A stretch of DNA of 64,000 nt from an uncultured Gammaproteobacteria bacterium (GTDB taxonomy: Bacteria; Cyanobacteriota; Vampirovibrionia; LMEP-6097): NCBI GenBank assembly GCA_964517685.1, contig CAZFCF010000010.1:6624-70623 (forward strand), given 5' to 3'. This document shows positions 62,605 through 64,000 of the stretch, in pieces. Within the stretch, counting starts at the first letter, position 1; every line of letters starts with the position of its first letter. Both the position numbers and the translations under genes were made by a program. Under the pieces are notes generated by a model that saw only the letters and a program-made list of their open reading frames with translations, made no database searches and had not been told where the DNA came from.

Positions 62605-64000
62605 ATGTCCTCCAAATTCGACCTCTCTAAACTCCCAAGCAGATACATCACCAAAGTACATGGCTGCGAAGGCAGATTAACCATGCTCAAAAATCTCAAG
62701 ACCGATGCATACCCCGAAGGCATTGGTGAAGATGTTGAGAATAGACCTTTTGTTTGTGTAGCAGATTGCGGCAATGAATCAGCCCCCTGCAATATTGATT
62801 TACCAAGACAAGCGATCATTGTAAAAGACGGCGTGCGCGAAGCTGGTGGTATGCCTTTTGGCATTCACACTATCACTGTCACTGACGGCATTGCGATGGG
62901 TCACCAAGGTATGAAATCATCTTTGGTTTCTCGTGATCTAATTGCAGACTCTGTAGAACTCAGTGTGCGTGGGCATTGTTACGACGCGCTCGTTGGGCTT
63001 GCAGGTTGTGATAAATCTTTGCCAGGAATGATGATGGCAATGGTAAGGCTCAACATCCCTTCAGTATTTATGTACGGAGGCAGCATTATGCCTGGATCCT
63101 ACGAGGGTAAAGATGTCACTATCGTAGATGTTTTTGAAGCAGTGGGTAAATTCGATGCAGGTTTAATTACTGAAGCGGAACTCAAAGCCATTACCAAAGT
63201 CGCTTGCCCATCAGCGGGTGCTTGTGGCGGACAATACACAGCTAATACTATGGCTTGTGTTTCAGAAGCTATAGGACTTGCATTACCAGGATCTTCCAGC
63301 CCACCTACACCATATGCAGATCGTGATCTCTTTGCCAAACTCACCGGTCAAGCAGTGATGGAGACACTTGCAAAAAATATTCGTCCAAGAGATATAGTTA
63401 CACTTAAGGCGCTTGAGAATGCAGCGACTATAGTAGCTGCCACAGGAGGCTCTACCAATGCAGCTTTGCACTTACCTGCTCTAGCTAATGAAGCAGGAAT
63501 AGATTTTGATCTAGAAGCTGTTGGTAAAATTTTCAAACGCACTCCTTATATAGTAAGCCTGAAACCCGGTGGTAAATACGTTGCCAAAGATCTCTACGAG
63601 CATGGTGGTATTCAAGTGGTAATCAAAGAATTACTCGATGCTGGATTTATTCATGGTGATTGCATTACAGTGAATGGTCAAACCATCGCGCAGAATGCTG
63701 AGCAGTTTAGTTTCCCTTCAAAAATTCAAGACATAATTTTCAGAGCTGCAGATCCAATCTCAGCAACTGGTGGAGTAGTAACTTTGAAAGGTAATTTAGC
63801 ACCTGATGGCGCAATAGTAAAAGTTGCAGGCTTAACTTCTACAATTCACAAAGGACCAGCACGTGTTTTTGATACCGAAGAAGAAGCCTTCAAGGCTGTT
63901 GAGCGTAAGGATTACAAAGAAGGTGATGTTCTTGTAATTCGTTACGAAGGTCCTAAGGGTGGTCCTGGTATGCGTGAGATGCTAGCTACTACTGCAGCAA
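62605..64000 (+). CDS. ilvD: dihydroxy-acid dehydratase (3' end outside window)
   Basis: Not in the ORF track because no stop is reached. ATG at 62605 opens MSSKFDLSKLPSRYITK...TVTDGIAMGHQGMKSSLVSRDLIADSVE...GCDKSLPGMMMA...ACPSAGACGGQYTANTM. Confidence 0.95.
   Translation, partial: MSSKFDLSKLPSRYITKVHGCEGRLTMLKNLKTDAYPEGIGEDVENRPFVCVADCGNESAPCNIDLPRQAIIVKDGVREAGGMPFGIHTITVTDGIAMGHQGMKSSLVSRDLIADSVELSVRGHCYDALVGLAGCDKSLPGMMMAMVRLNIPSVFMYGGSIMPGSYEGKDVTIVDVFEAVGKFDAGLITEAELKAITKVACPSAGACGGQYTANTMACVSEAIGLALPGSSSPPTPYADRDLFAKLTGQAVMETLAKNIRPRDIVTLKALENAATIVAATGGSTNAALHLPALANEAGIDFDLEAVGKIFKRTPYIVSLKPGGKYVAKDLYEHGGIQVVIKELLDAGFIHGDCITVNGQTIAQNAEQFSFPSKIQDIIFRAADPISATGGVVTLKGNLAPDGAIVKVAGLTSTIHKGPARVFDTEEEAFKAVERKDYKEGDVLVIRYEGPKGGPGMREMLATTAA

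Noticed and set aside
396-63542. Many short ORFs in the six-frame track lie inside, and usually antisense to, well-supported genes. Examples: 396-638, 2536-2751, 3493-3696, 8826-9014, 9645-9836, 13366-13674, 14639-14842, 15966-16340, 18186-18428, 18652-18984, 23258-24514 (set), 32833-34041 (set), 46267-47230 (set), 59320-59611.
   Set aside because: Each is fully overlapped by a longer ORF with clear family motifs. None has its own recognisable motif. They are typical shadow ORFs.
62595-63542. Four minus-strand ORFs (62595-62864, 63099-63344, 63283-63471, 63348-63542).
   Set aside because: They are shadows of the + strand ilvD gene. That gene is missing from the track only because it runs off the window without a stop.
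1-64000. Mobile-element genes (transposase, integrase, phage structural genes) and tRNA/rRNA genes.
   Set aside because: No ORF shows DDE, tyrosine or serine recombinase motifs. No intergenic region shows a tRNA-like T-loop or acceptor pattern. The intergenic regions are too short and AT-rich for rRNA.

Overview
AT-rich chromosomal segment from a flagellated diderm bacterium. Envelope and motility markers are lpxD, two skp-like genes, an SLH-domain protein, and flgK plus two flgL-like genes. About 60 protein genes are mostly housekeeping: rpmI-rplT, rplS, aspS, ribBA, ribE, lysA, nadE, mqnA, hom, folD, nuoA/ndhC, mnmA, pyrB, pyrK, grpE, truA, nrdR, ispF, tsaE, yidC, cdaA, mutM, ilvD (3' partial) and photolyase. 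I recognised no rRNA, tRNA, CRISPR array, transposase or integrase. An RpaB-like response regulator, an NdhC-like subunit, the futalosine gene mqnA and the SLH protein hint at a non-photosynthetic cyanobacteria-related lineage (Melainabacteria-like); this is a low-confidence inference. Signals worth a second look: (1) a GC-rich modular palindromic repeat family (GTCATTGCGAG...GCAATCC) lies after many genes and is also inserted in frame into essential genes (murT, nagZ twice, tsaE, probably ribE). (2) Three paralogous genes of unknown function (19.6-22.6 kb) each carry the same leaderless-type promoter geometry. (3) A 1223-aa ankyrin-like orphan gene is bracketed by a perfect 20-bp direct repeat that duplicates the 3' end of a CueR-like regulator gene. 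This locus also holds two near-identical 25-bp palindromic operators. (4) A ~230-nt rod-like intergenic structure with a central bubble lies between pyrK and grpE. (5) Two DUF4143 ATPase genes have private palindromic upstream sites, and one is linked to a Fic gene. (6) A ParD-like antitoxin sits next to an unrecognisable partner. All functional calls rest on motif recognition by eye. No database search was run.
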